Source: an uncultured Acidimicrobiales bacterium | Lineage (GTDB): Bacteria > Actinomycetota > Acidimicrobiia > Acidimicrobiales > JAHEJN01 | Length of the DNA: 64,000 bases | NCBI GenBank assembly: GCA_963700995.1 | Contig: CAVOZP010000006.1 | Span: 136,006 to 200,005, forward strand | Direction of reading: 5' to 3' | Shown here: piece by piece, positions 9,650-21,552 of the stretch | Layout: every line of letters starts with the position of its first letter | How positions within the stretch are numbered: the first letter of the stretch is position 1 | The notes under the pieces: model-generated | The model's database searches: none | What the model saw: the letters and a program-made list of their open reading frames with translations, nothing else | What the model was told of the DNA's origin: nothing | Translations under genes and position numbers: made by a program

Positions 9650-11203
9650 ATGAATCCAAACAAGAAGCGGAGACTGCTGAGCCTGCTCGGCATCCTCTTC
9701 ACGTTCACGTTGATCGCCGCGGCATGCGGCAGCGACAGCGATGACGAGACTGCCAGCGAGGAACCGGCGGCCGAGGAACCGGCGGCCGAGGAACCGGCAG
9801 CTGAGGAACCGGCGGCCGAGGAGCCCGCGGCCGAGGAACCCGCGGCCGAGGAACCGGCCATGGAGGAAGGCGGCGAGTCGATCCAGCTCGGAATCATGGG
9901 CGAGTGCGAAGGCGCTTTCGGCGGCTTCCACGAAGACGTCGTCGCCGGTGCCACGCTGGCGATGATCAACCAGGCCGGCGCCACGTCCAACTCGCCGACC
10001 ACCGCCCTCGACGGCTTCTCCGGCGCTGAAATCGCCGGAACCCCGATCGAGCTCGTGGGGATCGGTTGCGGCGACGACACCCCCGACACCGCGATCCAGG
10101 AAATCCGCACCCTGGTCGAGCAGAACGGCGCCAATGTCGTGCTCGGGCCACTGTCGGGCGACGAGGGCATCGCCATTGCCAACTATGCGCTCGACCATCC
10201 CGAGGTGACCTTCATCAACGGCATCTCCGGAGCCCAGGACTCGACCCTGCACGTGCAGGCGCCGAACTTCTTCCGATTCAACGGCGACGGCGCTCAGTGG
10301 AACGCCGGCGTGGGCGACATCTTGTACAACGACGCTGGATGGGAGACGGCGGCGGTCATCGCCGACGACTACGGCTTCGGCTGGACCTCGGCGGCAGGAT
10401 TCGTGGCCGACTTCTGCGCCGCAGGCGGCGAGATCGTCAGCCAGGTCTTCCCACCGCTCGGAACCACCGACTACTCGTCGTTCGTGCAGCAGCTGCCCGA
10501 TCCCGACGAGGTCGACGGGTACTTCTGGGTCATCGGCGGCACCGGCACGAATGCGTCGCTCGAGGCGTTCCTCAACGCCAAGGGCGATCTCACCGGCGAT
10601 CAGCACGCAGGCAACCTGTTCTTCAGCCCGGCCCTCGCCGAGGCCCTGGGAACCGACATTGCCGGCGCCTACATCGGCGGGTTCGCCTCGCTGCCCGGAG
10701 ACATCTCCACGCCGGAGATCACTGAGTACCTCGCCAGCGCCGATGCCGCTTGGGAGACCCTCAGCTCGGGTGCCATGACCGGTGGCGAACCCGACTCTCC
10801 GTCAATCCCGTTGGGCTTCGGCTTCGCCTACGGCTACTACGCCGCCGGCACCGCCCTTCTGACCGCCCTCGAGCAGACCGGTGGCGTGCTGGGTGAGAAC
10901 AACGCCGACCTCAATGCGGCTCTGGCTTCGCTCGAGCTCGACCTTCCCTATGGACCGGTCAGCCTCGACGAGAACCGTCAGGCCATCGTCGACACCTTCG
11001 TCGCACAGCTCGAGCTCGACGAGGCCAGCGGTGAGGTCATCCAGAAGACGGTCTACATCGTGCCGGGGGTCGACCAGACCTTCGGTGGGACCTTCTCCAG
11101 CGAGACCGACCCGCCCGAGCGCGACAACACACCATGCGAGGCCAAGGCCCTGCCATGGCAGGGCAACGAGATCCCCGTCGTCGACGGCGTCCCCCAACGC
11201 TGA
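9650..11203 (+). CDS. ABC transporter substrate-binding lipoprotein (Leu/Ile/Val-binding fold)
   Basis: Lipobox IAAACG, EEPAA linker, VVLGPLSGDEG, APNFFRF, DDYGFG; GGAGGG RBS. Confidence 0.85.
   Translation: MNPNKKRRLLSLLGILFTFTLIAAACGSDSDDETASEEPAAEEPAAEEPAAEEPAAEEPAAEEPAAEEPAMEEGGESIQLGIMGECEGAFGGFHEDVVAGATLAMINQAGATSNSPTTALDGFSGAEIAGTPIELVGIGCGDDTPDTAIQEIRTLVEQNGANVVLGPLSGDEGIAIANYALDHPEVTFINGISGAQDSTLHVQAPNFFRFNGDGAQWNAGVGDILYNDAGWETAAVIADDYGFGWTSAAGFVADFCAAGGEIVSQVFPPLGTTDYSSFVQQLPDPDEVDGYFWVIGGTGTNASLEAFLNAKGDLTGDQHAGNLFFSPALAEALGTDIAGAYIGGFASLPGDISTPEITEYLASADAAWETLSSGAMTGGEPDSPSIPLGFGFAYGYYAAGTALLTALEQTGGVLGENNADLNAALASLELDLPYGPVSLDENRQAIVDTFVAQLELDEASGEVIQKTVYIVPGVDQTFGGTFSSETDPPERDNTPCEAKALPWQGNEIPVVDGVPQR
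9758..9862 (+). repeat. 15-bp coding tandem repeat x7 (EEPAA linker)
   Basis: GAGGAACCGGCGGCC unit repeated, with synonymous variants. Confidence 0.9.
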
Positions 11204-11224
11204 TCGGCGAGTAGGAACCGCCTG

Positions 11225-12010
11225 ATGATCTCCGACGCCACGACACCGACAACCGAGACGCGTGATCCCCTCCTGCGGCTCGAGTCGGTTGCCGTGGCGT
11301 TCGGAGGTCTGCTCGCCCTGAGTGGCATCGACCTCGAAGTCACTCAGGGCGAGCGGCTGGCGGTGCTCGGCCCCAACGGGGCGGGCAAGACCACGTTGTT
11401 CAACGCCATCGCCGGCGACATCACACCCACCGCAGGGAAGGTTCTCATCAAGGGTGTCGATTGCACGGCGCTCCCGTCTCGGCTTCGGCCGCAACTGGGA
11501 GTGGCGCGGACCTACCAGAAGACCCGGCTGTTCAGCGGACTGACCGTGGGCGAGAACCTCTACCTGGCCCAGACGGGCAAGCAGGGGCGGCATCTGTCGC
11601 TGCTTCGCACTCGTCGCGACGCCGAGCTGCGCCAGACTGCCGCCGAGGCGGCGAAGCGGGTGTGGCTGGGCAACCAGTTCGAGACCCAGGTCGGTGACCT
11701 GTCGCACGGCCAGCAACGGCAGCTCGAGATCGGTATCGCCTTGGTGACCGAACCCGACCTGATCATGCTCGACGAGCCCGCATCAGGGTTGTCACGTGGT
11801 GAACGGGAGCGACTGATCGAGCTGCTCGAGAACCTGCCGGTCGACGTCACGATGATCATCATCGAGCACGACATGGATGTCGCGCTCAAGGTCGCCGGCC
11901 GCGTCGTCGTGATGGCCGACGGCGAGACGGTTGCCACGGGGACTCCCGACGAGATCCGTCACAACGCGCTGGTTCACGCCATCTACCTCGGCCAGGAGGG
12001 CATGTCGTGA
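11225..12010 (+). CDS. livG: ABC transporter ATP-binding protein
   Basis: GPNGAGKT, LSHGQQR, LDEP, IEHDM. Confidence 0.88.
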   Translation: MISDATTPTTETRDPLLRLESVAVAFGGLLALSGIDLEVTQGERLAVLGPNGAGKTTLFNAIAGDITPTAGKVLIKGVDCTALPSRLRPQLGVARTYQKTRLFSGLTVGENLYLAQTGKQGRHLSLLRTRRDAELRQTAAEAAKRVWLGNQFETQVGDLSHGQQRQLEIGIALVTEPDLIMLDEPASGLSRGERERLIELLENLPVDVTMIIIEHDMDVALKVAGRVVVMADGETVATGTPDEIRHNALVHAIYLGQEGMS

Positions 12011-12717
12011 CCGACGAACTGTTGCGTGTCGATGGCCTGTCTGCGGGCTATGGCACGTCCCGCGTCCTCGACGGCATCACATTCTCGATGGGCCGCGAAG
12101 CCGTGTGCATCGTCGGGCGCAACGGCATGGGCAAGACCACGCTGTGCCTGGCCCTCATGGGCCTGATCAAACCTTCGGGTGGACAGATCACCTTCGCCGG
12201 CCAACGTATCGAGGGCAGCACGCCCGAGCGGATCGCCCGGCATGGCATGGCCTACATCCCGCAGGGGCGTCGCCTGTTTCCGTCGCTCACCGTCGACGAA
12301 CACCTCGCGATGCTGGCCAAGGGCACCCGGGGCAAACGCTGGACTCCCGAGGCCGTGTACGAGCTCTTCCCCCGGCTGGCCGAGCGGCGCAAGAACGGTG
12401 GTGCCGAGCTCTCCGGCGGCGAGCAGCAGATGCTGGCGGTGGGTCGGGCGCTCTTGTTGAACGGCAGCCTCGTGTTGATGGACGAGCCGTCGGAAGGCCT
12501 GGCTCCGACCATCGTCGACACGCTGATCGAGGCCACCCACCAACTGGTCGAAGAGGGGACAGCGGTGCTCATCGTCGAGCAGAATCTGCGTGCGGCCACC
12601 TCCATGGCCGAGCGCCAGCTCGTGATGGTCTCCGGGCGAATCGAGACGGAGACGACCGCACAACTGCTGGCCGGTGACCAAGATCTCCAACGTCAGTATC
12701 TCGGAGTCGACGCATGA
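12007..12717 (+). CDS. livF: ABC transporter ATP-binding protein
   Basis: GRNGMGKT, LSGGEQQM, DEPSEGLAP, VEQN. Confidence 0.88.
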   Translation: MTDELLRVDGLSAGYGTSRVLDGITFSMGREAVCIVGRNGMGKTTLCLALMGLIKPSGGQITFAGQRIEGSTPERIARHGMAYIPQGRRLFPSLTVDEHLAMLAKGTRGKRWTPEAVYELFPRLAERRKNGGAELSGGEQQMLAVGRALLLNGSLVLMDEPSEGLAPTIVDTLIEATHQLVEEGTAVLIVEQNLRAATSMAERQLVMVSGRIETETTAQLLAGDQDLQRQYLGVDA

Positions 12718-12751
12718 CCGCCTCCGCAGACCCCGAAAGGAAACCCGACTC

Positions 12752-13939
12752 GTGACCGAGCACCTCAACATCGCCCTCCTCGGCTCGAAATTCATGGGTC
12801 GCGCCCATTCGAACGCGTGGCTCAACGTCGGCAAGTTCTTCACCCTCGACCCCCAGCCGGTCATGCACACCGTTGTCGGTCGCAATGCCACCGAGCTCGA
12901 GGCGTTCGCCGAGCAGTGGGGATGGGCCAACGCCAGCACCGACTGGCGGGCTGCGGTCACCTCACCCGAGATCGGCCTCGTCGACATCGGCACGCCGAAC
13001 AACGTCCACGCGGAGGAAGCCATTGCTGCGCTCGAGGCCGGCAAGCACGTGGCCTGCGAGAAGCCGTTGGCCGGAACCCTCGACGACGCCCGGGCCATGG
13101 CCGACGCCGCGGCCGCAGCGAGCGGGCAGACCTTCGTCTGGTACAACTACCGCCGCGTTCCGGCGGTGGCGCTGGCCCACCGGATCGTGAAGTCCGGCGC
13201 CATCGGTCGGATCTACCACGCCCGCGCCTGTTACCTGCAGAGCTGGGGCGGCCCCGACACACCCCTGCTGTGGCGCTTCCAGTCCGACGTCGCCGGCTCG
13301 GGTGCCCACGGCGACCTCAACGCGCACATCATCGACGCCGTGCGCTTCGTGACCGGCGAAGAGATCACGACCGTCGAAGGATCGATCGAGCACACCTTCA
13401 TCGCCGAGCGGGAGATCATCGAGGGCTCCGGCGGCGGCGAGATCGCCGGGTCCGGCGCCGGAACCGTGGGCGCCAAGGGCGCCAGCACCGTCGACGACGC
13501 TGTCATGTTCCTCGCCCGGTTGAGCGGAGGCGGAATCGCGTCGTTCGAAGCGACCCGCCTGGCAACGGGTTACCACAACTCGAACCGATTCGAGATCCAC
13601 GGCGAACACGGCGCCCTCCGCTTCGACTTCGAACGCATGAACGAGCTCGGCTACTACGACGCACGGGGCGAGGGACGCACCGCAGGGTGGACGACCATCG
13701 ACGTCACCCGCGGCGGCGACGACCATCCCTACGCCGCCGCCTGGTGGCCCGACAGCCACGGGCTCGGCTACGAACACGGCTTTGTGAACCAGGCCGCCGA
13801 CATCGTCACCATGATCGGTGGAGGAACGCCGCTCGTTCCCATGCCCGATTTCGCCGACGCGCTGCAGACCCAAAGGGTGCTCCATGCCGCGATCCAGTCG
13901 GCCCGCGAACGCGCCCCCGTCACCATCGACGCCACCTGA
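12752..13939 (+). CDS. Gfo/Idh/MocA family oxidoreductase
   Basis: [35 protein letters not shown]; GAAAGGA RBS before GTG. Confidence 0.9.
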   Translation: MTEHLNIALLGSKFMGRAHSNAWLNVGKFFTLDPQPVMHTVVGRNATELEAFAEQWGWANASTDWRAAVTSPEIGLVDIGTPNNVHAEEAIAALEAGKHVACEKPLAGTLDDARAMADAAAAASGQTFVWYNYRRVPAVALAHRIVKSGAIGRIYHARACYLQSWGGPDTPLLWRFQSDVAGSGAHGDLNAHIIDAVRFVTGEEITTVEGSIEHTFIAEREIIEGSGGGEIAGSGAGTVGAKGASTVDDAVMFLARLSGGGIASFEATRLATGYHNSNRFEIHGEHGALRFDFERMNELGYYDARGEGRTAGWTTIDVTRGGDDHPYAAAWWPDSHGLGYEHGFVNQAADIVTMIGGGTPLVPMPDFADALQTQRVLHAAIQSARERAPVTIDAT

Positions 13940-13952
13940 CAGGAGATCAGAG

Positions 13953-15197
13953 ATGAGCGATCCCAAGCCCTTCGAGCCCACCTACATGCCAGTCGGCGTC
14001 CTCACGGCCGCCCTGCAGGAGCTGACCCCTCGAGAACGCCGCGATCCCGATCCCGACCTCGCGGTCGAGGAGTGGTTGCAGTTCGCCGCCGACCTCGGTG
14101 CCGACAGCATCGAGCTCTCCACCGCGTTGCATCCCAGTGTCGCCGACATTCCGGCCGAGGCCATGCTCGATCCCGTGGCCAACACCCTCGACCTGCGCGA
14201 CCCCTTCGACGAGGTCAGAGCCAAGCGAGTCCTCGAAGCGTGTGATGCGACGGGCGTGAGCATCGCCGACATCGGCTACTTCGATGACATGCTGCACGAG
14301 GATCCCGCCATTCGTCAGAAGAAGTGCGACTTCATGATCGCGGCGATGGATGCCGCGGTCCTGCTCGGCGTTCCGGCGGTTTGCGGCTTCGTCGGCCGCG
14401 ATCAGTCAAAGTCGATGGAGCAGAACCTCGGCGAGTTCGAGCGCAGCTTCATCCCGCTCCTACAGGCGGCGAAGGACCGCGGCCTCCAGTACCGGGTCGA
14501 GCAGTGCCCGATGCCGGGCTGGACCGCAGGCGACAACTTCCACAACAACATCGGCTACACACCGGGAACGTGGATCGCGCTGCACCAGATCGCCGAGCGC
14601 CACGGCGTCGGCGACAGCTTCCGCATCCATTACGACCCATCCCACTCGATCCTGATGGGCCAGGACACTCGCTCCATGTTCCAGTACCTGAAGGACGAGG
14701 GCTACCCGTTCCTGATTTCCGGTATGCACGTCAAGGGCCAGGTGATCGACAGCAAGGGCGTCGCCGGCTGGGGGTACGGCGGCCAGACCGTTCTGCGGGG
14801 CGATCATGTCGACGGCGAGATCTCGCCGAACCCGGCCGATCTCGGCAACGCATGGAAGAAGCAGACCGTGCTGTGCGAGCACGAGCTGCCGGGCACGGCC
14901 CGTCACGATCCGCTCGCCTACCTGCAGAACCGCACGGTCGACTGGCTCGACCACCAGCTCGCCGCACGAGAGCTCCTCGACATGGACTTTGCGAACACTC
15001 CGCTGATCGTCGAGCATGAGTACGGAGCCGCGCGGATTCAGGACAAGGACCTCCTCGCACCGATTCTGAAGGGCTCCATCGACTTCACCCGCAACATCGA
15101 CCGAGCCGCGGCGGCGATGTACTCGCTCCAGCACGAGGTGCTCGCGTCGCAGGGAATCCCCATCCAAGGCGTCGGACGCCAGGCCTACCGGAGTTGA
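13953..15197 (+). CDS. Sugar phosphate isomerase/epimerase (xylose isomerase-like TIM barrel)
   Basis: [23 protein letters not shown] metal-ligand pattern; AGGAGA RBS. Confidence 0.8.
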   Translation: MSDPKPFEPTYMPVGVLTAALQELTPRERRDPDPDLAVEEWLQFAADLGADSIELSTALHPSVADIPAEAMLDPVANTLDLRDPFDEVRAKRVLEACDATGVSIADIGYFDDMLHEDPAIRQKKCDFMIAAMDAAVLLGVPAVCGFVGRDQSKSMEQNLGEFERSFIPLLQAAKDRGLQYRVEQCPMPGWTAGDNFHNNIGYTPGTWIALHQIAERHGVGDSFRIHYDPSHSILMGQDTRSMFQYLKDEGYPFLISGMHVKGQVIDSKGVAGWGYGGQTVLRGDHVDGEISPNPADLGNAWKKQTVLCEHELPGTARHDPLAYLQNRTVDWLDHQLAARELLDMDFANTPLIVEHEYGAARIQDKDLLAPILKGSIDFTRNIDRAAAAMYSLQHEVLASQGIPIQGVGRQAYRS

Positions 15198-15201
15198 CGA
15201 C

Positions 15202-16536
15202 ATGACCGAGTTCTTCACCGACGTTCCCCATCCCGTCGCCGTCGCCGGCGCCGCTGGCCCCGCCGACGGGCTCGCCTATCGCGTGTATGACCCGGACCGC
15301 ATCGTTGCCGGCAAGCGGATGGAGGACCATCTGCGAATCGCGGTCTGCTACTGGCACAGCTTCAACTGGCCCGGCAGCGACATCTTCGGCGAAGGCACCT
15401 TCGATCGGCCCTGGTTGGAGCCGACCGACGATCCGATGACAGCCGCCTTCGCCAAACAGGACGCCGCCTTCGAGTTCTTCGAGAAGCTGCGGGTGCCCTT
15501 CTACTGCTTCCACGATGTCGACATGGCGCCGGCGGGCGAGACGCTGGCCGAGTCGCAGAAGAACCTCGAGATCATGGTCGATCGGGCGGGAGAGAAGCAG
15601 GAAGCAACCGGTGTGGGCCTGCTCTGGGGTACCGCCAACGTGTTCTCGCACCGTCGCTTCGCGGCCGGCGCGGCAACCAATCCGAATCCGGAGATGTTCG
15701 CCTACGCGGCCACCCAGGTGCGCAACGCGCTGCGGGCGACTCATCGCCTCGGCGGGGCCAACTACGTGCTGTGGGGTGGCCGCGAGGGCTATGAGACACT
15801 GCTGAACACCGACATGCGGCGCGAGAACGATCACCTCGCGCGGTTCCTCGAACTGGTGGCCGACTACAAGCGCTCGATCGGGTTCACGGGCACGCTGCTG
15901 CTCGAACCGAAACCGCAGGAGCCGACCAAGCACCAGTACGACTACGACTCGGCCACCGTGCACGGCTTCCTCGACCGCTACGACCTGGTCGACGAGTATC
16001 GCGTCAACATCGAAGTCAACCACGCCACCCTTGCCGGGCACAGCTTCCATCACGAGGTGGCCTACGCCCTCGGCAACGGGATCTTCGGCAGCGTCGACGC
16101 CAACCGTGGCGACCCCCAGAACGGGTGGGACACCGATCAGTTCCCCAACTCGGTCGAGGAGATGTCGCTGGCGATGTTCGAGATCATGCGGGCGGGCGGG
16201 TTCAGCACCGGCGGGTTCAACTTCGACACCAAGCTGCGCCGCCAGAGCATGGATCGCACCGACCTGTTCCACGGCCACATCGGCGGCATCGACACGTTGG
16301 CGCAGTCGTTGCTCGTTGCCCACGCCTTGATCGACGACAACATGCTCGACGGCGAGCGTACGAACCGCTACAGCGGCTGGGACAGTGGTCTCGGCCGGCT
16401 GATCCTGGCCGAGGGTGCGACCCTCGAGTCGATCGCCGACGAGGCGACTCGCCGTGGGCTCGACCCGCAGCCGGTGTCGGGCCGCCAGGAGTTCCTCGAG
16501 AGCGAAGTCAATCGCATCATCTGGTCCACCACGTGA
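15202..16536 (+). CDS. xylA: Xylose isomerase (class II)
   Basis: [48 protein letters not shown]. Confidence 0.97.
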   Translation: MTEFFTDVPHPVAVAGAAGPADGLAYRVYDPDRIVAGKRMEDHLRIAVCYWHSFNWPGSDIFGEGTFDRPWLEPTDDPMTAAFAKQDAAFEFFEKLRVPFYCFHDVDMAPAGETLAESQKNLEIMVDRAGEKQEATGVGLLWGTANVFSHRRFAAGAATNPNPEMFAYAATQVRNALRATHRLGGANYVLWGGREGYETLLNTDMRRENDHLARFLELVADYKRSIGFTGTLLLEPKPQEPTKHQYDYDSATVHGFLDRYDLVDEYRVNIEVNHATLAGHSFHHEVAYALGNGIFGSVDANRGDPQNGWDTDQFPNSVEEMSLAMFEIMRAGGFSTGGFNFDTKLRRQSMDRTDLFHGHIGGIDTLAQSLLVAHALIDDNMLDGERTNRYSGWDSGLGRLILAEGATLESIADEATRRGLDPQPVSGRQEFLESEVNRIIWSTT

Positions 16537-16546
16537 GGAAGCTGCC

Positions 16547-17756
16547 GTGAACAAGAACGTTCTCGTCGTCGGCACCGGCGACACCAAGAGCCGAGAGCTC
16601 CGCTACGTCAAGGACGTCATCGAGGCGGCCGGGGTGCCGGCTCGGTTCGTCGACGTTGGTACCACCGGTCATGACTCCGACGCCGACGTCACGCCCGCCG
16701 AGGTCGCCGCCCATCACCCCGACGGCGCCGACGCAGTGCGCTCCGACGATCGGGGCGCAGCCGTCGCCGCCATGGCGGTCGCCCTCGAGCACTACGTGGT
16801 CGCCAACCAGGACGGCATTGCCGGGATCATCGGCGCCGGTGGCTCCGGAGGCACCGCCCTCGTGACTCCGGCCATGCGAGCGCTTCCCATCGGCGTGCCC
16901 AAGCTGATGGTGTCGACAGTGGCGTCGGCCAACGTGGCCCCCTATGTCGGGCCATCCGACATTGCCATGATGTACTCGGTCACCGATGTCGCCGGTCTCA
17001 ACCGCATCTCCCGACAGGTGCTCGGCAACGCGGCCAACGCCATGGCGGGCATGGCCGGCCACGAAATCGCGGCCGGCACCGCCGACCTGCCGCCCATCGG
17101 CTTGAGCATGTTCGGCGTCACGACGGCACTGGTCACCCGCTTGGTCGAGGAGCTTGCCGATCGCTTCGATCCGCTCGTCTTTCATGCCACCGGCACGGGC
17201 GGCCAGTCGATGGAGAAGCTCGTCGACTCCGAGATGGTCGTCGCCGTTCTCGACATGACCACCACCGAAGTCGCCGACCATCTGGTGGGTGGCGTGTTCT
17301 CGGCCGGCCTCGACCGGATGGGGGCCATCGCCCGCACGAGCGTTCCCTATGTCGGGTCGGTCGGCGCCGTCGACATGGTGAACTTCGGGGCGCTCGAGAC
17401 CGTGCCCAAGGAGTTCGCCGACCGCAATCTGCACGTCCACAATCCGCAGGTCACGCTGATGCGGACGACGCCCGAGGAGAACACAGCGATCGGGGAGTTC
17501 ATCGCCGCCAAGCTCAACGCCTGCGAGGGACCGGTGCGGTTCCTGTTGCCCGAAGGCGGTGTCTCGCTCATCGACGCTCCCGGTCAGCCCTTCCACGATC
17601 CGGTCGCCGACGACGCACTGTTCGCGGCCATCGAGTCGAACGTCGTCCAGACCGACGACCGGGTCGTCCGACCGCGTGGCGGCCAACATCAACGACGAAG
17701 ACTTCGTCCAAGCTGTGCTCGTCGCCTTCGACGAGGTCATGGGAGGTGAGCGCTGA
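16547..17756 (+). CDS. Tm-1-like ATP-binding domain protein (UPF0261); frameshift near 17670
   Basis: [52 protein letters not shown]; C-terminus NINDEDF in another frame. Confidence 0.88.
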
Positions 17757-18586
17757 TGCCCGCTCCGTCGAGGGCCGAGACCCTGGCCCGATTCCGCGAG
17801 ATGATCGACCGTCGCGAACCCATCGTGGGCGGCGGGGCCGGTACCGGCTTGTCGGCCAAGTGGGAGGAAGCCGGCGGCATCGACCTCATCGTCATCTACA
17901 ACTCGGGCCGTTACCGCATGGCCGGTCGGGGCTCGCTCGCAGGTCTGCTCGCCTACGGCAACGCCAACGAGATCGTCGTCGACATGGCCAAGGAGGTGCT
18001 GCCCGTGGTGAAGCACACGCCGGTGCTCGCCGGCGTCAACGGCACCGACCCCTTCTACCAGCCCGAGGTGTTCCTGCCCGAGCTGGCCCGGCTCGGATTC
18101 GCCGGCGTCCAGAACTTCCCGACCGTCGGCCTCATCGACGGCGTGTTCCGCCAGAACCTCGAGGAAACGGGCATGGGCTATGGGCTCGAGGTCGAGATGA
18201 TCGCCGCCGCGGCCGAGCTCGACCTGTTGACCACGCCCTACGTGTTCAGCGAGGACGACGCCATGGCCATGACCGAGGCCGGCGCCGACATCGTCGTCTG
18301 TCACATGGGCCTCACGACCGGTGGCAGCATCGGCGCCGAAACGGCCCTGACCCTCGACGACTGCGTCGCCAGGGTCGACTCGTGGGCCGCAGCAGCTCGG
18401 TCGGTGCGGTCCGACGTGATGGTGCTGTGTCACGGTGGTCCGATCGCGATGCCCGATGACGCGGCGTACGTGCTGCAGCACTGCGAGAACATCAACGGCT
18501 TCTACGGCGCGTCGTCCATGGAGCGCCTGCCCACCGAACGGGCGTTGAAGTCCCAGACCGAGGCCTTCAAGGCCGTCACGTTCTAA
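17756..18586 (+). CDS. Phosphoenolpyruvate hydrolase-like / TIM-barrel signal transduction protein
   Basis: [49 protein letters not shown]; usual partner of Tm-1-like genes. Confidence 0.9.
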   Translation: MPAPSRAETLARFREMIDRREPIVGGGAGTGLSAKWEEAGGIDLIVIYNSGRYRMAGRGSLAGLLAYGNANEIVVDMAKEVLPVVKHTPVLAGVNGTDPFYQPEVFLPELARLGFAGVQNFPTVGLIDGVFRQNLEETGMGYGLEVEMIAAAAELDLLTTPYVFSEDDAMAMTEAGADIVVCHMGLTTGGSIGAETALTLDDCVARVDSWAAAARSVRSDVMVLCHGGPIAMPDDAAYVLQHCENINGFYGASSMERLPTERALKSQTEAFKAVTF

Positions 18587-18598
18587 GAGGAGAAAAGC

Positions 18599-19006
18599 AT
18601 GTGCTTCATCTGTGTCGACGATGTCGAATGGGAAGAACTCGACTGGGGTGACCTCGGCTGGGTCGTCCGTCCGGCCAATGTCCCCGAGGGCTCGCGCCTG
18701 TGTGTGCTCGACGTGAAGATCCAGCCCGGCAAGGGCCACGACTTCCACAACCACCCCAACCAGGAGGAGGTCATCCTGGTTCGCAGTGGAACCGTCGAGC
18801 AGTGGATTCGAGAAGAGCGCAAACAGCTGGTTCCCGGCGACGTCGCGTTCATCCCCATGGCCGCGGTCCACGCCACCTTCGTCGCCGCCGACGCGGCCGA
18901 GCCGGCCCGGTTGTTGGTGGTCTTGGGTCCGAGTCATGGGCCCGCCGGCTACGAGGCCGTCGACAAGTCGACCGAGGAGCCGTGGGCCTCACTACGTCAG
19001 TCATGA
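18599..19006 (+). CDS. Cupin domain protein
   Basis: GHDFHNHPNQEE and FIPMAAVHA cupin motifs. Confidence 0.85.
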   Translation: MCFICVDDVEWEELDWGDLGWVVRPANVPEGSRLCVLDVKIQPGKGHDFHNHPNQEEVILVRSGTVEQWIREERKQLVPGDVAFIPMAAVHATFVAADAAEPARLLVVLGPSHGPAGYEAVDKSTEEPWASLRQS

Positions 19007-19046
19007 GCAACAACCGCCGGAATGCCGGCGAAAGGAGAAGGTGAGC

Positions 19047-19932
19047 ATGCACCTGTCGATGCACAACTGGATGCGGTCCGAGCCCCTCGAGGTCACGCTC
19101 GCTCGATTGTCACGCTGCGGCTACGGCAGCATCGAGATCAAGGGGGAACCCGACCAGTACGACACGGGCGAGGTCCGTGCGCTGCTGGACAAGTACGACC
19201 TCGAATGCTGGGGTGCGGTCACGCTGACCCTTGGTGAACGCAACCTGTGCGCCAAGGACGAGAAGCAACGGGCCGACACGGTGCAGTACATGAAGGACTG
19301 CGTCACCATGGTCAAGGAGCTCAACGGCCAGGAGATCACCATCGTGCCCGCAACCGTGGGGAAGATCGTGCCCGACGGAACCCCCGAGGAGGAGTGGCAG
19401 TGGGCCGTCGACGGCCTGACCGAGATCCACGAGCTGGCGAGCGCGTCCGGTGTTCGGATGGCCATCGAGGGTCTGAACCGATTCGAGACCTACTTCGTGA
19501 ACCGCGGCGACCAGGCCCTGGCGCTGGCCAACGCGGTCTCACCCGACGTCGGGGTGTGCCTCGATGCCTTCCACATGAACATCGAGGAGGTCGATTTCCT
19601 CGAGGCCATTCGCAACGTGGGTGATCGCCTGGTCGACTTCCACGTGGCCGACAACAACCGCATGGCGGCCGGCATGGGCACCCTCGATTGGGCCGACGAT
19701 CGTCGCCACGCTGAAGGAAGTCGGCTACGACGGCGCGCTCACCGTCGAGTTCGTGGCGCCGATCGACCGCACGCCGGCCAACCAGTACCCCGACGCCGTC
19801 GAGACGAACCCGGTCGATATTTCGCCGGAGGAGATGCAGTTCATCATCGACCATGGCAGCAGCCTGTTGTCGGAAGGCTTCTACGACATGCTCGTCGAGA
19901 AGTGTGCCACGACCCTGTTGCCGATGATCTGA
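19047..19932 (+). CDS. Sugar phosphate isomerase/epimerase (ketose 3-epimerase-like); frameshift near 19695
   Basis: IEGLNRFETY, LDAFHMNIEE, HVADNNR; GYDGALTVEF in the second frame. Confidence 0.85.
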
Positions 19933-19939
19933 GCGGTCG

Positions 19940-21103
19940 ATGCTGATCCGAGACGTGCGGGCGCGCTGGTTGCACTGCCCGATTCCCGTCGACCAGCAGC
20001 ACGTCTCGGATTTCGGTCGCATCGAGAGCTTCGACACGGCCATCATCAGCGTCGAGGTCGACAACGGGCTGGTCGGCTGGGGCGAGGCCAAGGCCGCAGT
20101 GGGCAGTGCCGGAGGGTGCCGATCGGTGGTGCGGGCGGTCGAGGACGAGCTCGCTCCGGCAATGATCGGGCGCGACGCACGGCACATCACGGCGCGGTGG
20201 GACGGCATGTACAGCGGATCTCGGGCCGGCCATGCGCTCGAACGGGCACGGGGCTTCCCGGTGCTCGGCCGCCGGGGCCTGTCGATCAGCGCCATGAGCG
20301 GAATCGACATGGCCCTGTGGGATCTGCTCGGGAAGTCCCTCGATGTGCCGGTGCTGACCCTGTGGGGAGGGGCCCGCACACCGACGCTGCCGGCCTATGC
20401 GAGTGGCGGTTGGGCCGACGCCGCCGGTATCGGTGCTCAGCTCGGCGGGTACGTCGACAAGGGCTTTCGCAGCGTCAAGATGCGGGTGGGGGTGATGGAC
20501 GGTGCGGTCCACGCCAGCGTCGCTCGGGTTCACGCCGCACGCGACGCCCTGGGTCCCGACATCGGGCTCATGGTCGATGCACACGGCACCTACAGTCCCT
20601 CCGAGGCCATGCAGTTCGCCGCTGGTGTCGAGCACCTCGGCCTGCGTTGGTTCGAGGAGCCGGTGAACGCCGACGATCGGGCCGGTGCCCGACGAGTCCG
20701 GGCCTCGACGGCGATCCCCATCGCTGCCGGCGAGAGCGAGTTCACCCGGTTCGACTTCCGGGACATGATCGACAACGAGTCGGTCGATGTGCTGCAACCC
20801 GATCTCGCCATCTGCGGTGGACCGACCGAGGGGCGTCGCATCGCGGCGCTCGCCGAGGCCCACCAGATCGAGCTGGCCCCCCACTGTTGGGGATCGGCGC
20901 TGTCGTTCAGCGCCGGCGTGACACTGGCCTTCGCCAGCTCGGCGGCCTGCATCATCGAGTACTCCCTGGGTGGCAATCCGCTGTTGCGCGAGATGCCAGA
21001 AGAAGTGATCGCGGTGCACGATGGTGTCGTGTCCGCGCCGACCGGCGTCGGGTTCGGAGTGACTCCGCGATCCGACTTCCTCGACGAATACGAGGTGAAG
21101 TGA
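19940..21103 (+). CDS. Mandelate racemase/muconate lactonizing enzyme family (likely acid-sugar dehydratase)
   Basis: SGIDMALWDL, KMR, MVDAH, WFEEP, AGES, QPD, APHCW. Confidence 0.9.
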   Translation: MLIRDVRARWLHCPIPVDQQHVSDFGRIESFDTAIISVEVDNGLVGWGEAKAAVGSAGGCRSVVRAVEDELAPAMIGRDARHITARWDGMYSGSRAGHALERARGFPVLGRRGLSISAMSGIDMALWDLLGKSLDVPVLTLWGGARTPTLPAYASGGWADAAGIGAQLGGYVDKGFRSVKMRVGVMDGAVHASVARVHAARDALGPDIGLMVDAHGTYSPSEAMQFAAGVEHLGLRWFEEPVNADDRAGARRVRASTAIPIAAGESEFTRFDFRDMIDNESVDVLQPDLAICGGPTEGRRIAALAEAHQIELAPHCWGSALSFSAGVTLAFASSAACIIEYSLGGNPLLREMPEEVIAVHDGVVSAPTGVGFGVTPRSDFLDEYEVK

Positions 21104-21546
21104 TGACTGGGGAATCCAGTATCCAACATGTGAATCTGATGGTCGACGATCTGGCGGCCGCCGACGAGTTCTACGGAGACGTGCTCGGACTCGTTCGCAC
21201 TCCGGCGCCCGACCTGGGCTTTCCGGCCCAGTTCTACGACGTGAACGGCGGTCAACAACTGCACGTCAACGAGCTGGGCGATGTGCACCCCGAGCGAGCG
21301 CACTTCTGCCTGCGCCTCCACAACTTCGACGAGGTCTTCCACCGTGCCCTCGCTCTCGGCATCATCGAAACCGAGACGTGGGGCAAGGTCCGGCGGCTGC
21401 CGACCGGTGTCATGCAGGCGTTCATCCGCGATCCGTCCGGGAACCTCATCGAGCTGTCGTGTGAGGCCGATCAGCGGGTCGATCCGGCGATCTTCGAGCT
21501 CGACATCGTCGACTCCGAGACCAGGTTCTTCTCGAAGTCGAACTGA
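21103..21546 (+). CDS. VOC/glyoxalase family protein
   Basis: HVNLMVDDL...FYGDVLGL; FIRDPSGNLIEL. Confidence 0.85.
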   Translation: MTGESSIQHVNLMVDDLAAADEFYGDVLGLVRTPAPDLGFPAQFYDVNGGQQLHVNELGDVHPERAHFCLRLHNFDEVFHRALALGIIETETWGKVRRLPTGVMQAFIRDPSGNLIELSCEADQRVDPAIFELDIVDSETRFFSKSN

Positions 21547-21552
21547 GATCTC

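Noticed and set aside
9758-9862. Short direct repeats as a CRISPR array
   Set aside because: No spacers; an in-frame EEPAA linker of a lipoprotein; no cas genes in the window.
16517-18937. Long antisense ORFs (e.g. 806 aa here, 555 aa at 5011-6678, 500 aa at 15085-16587)
   Set aside because: Shadow ORFs opposite well-supported genes, expected in high-GC DNA.
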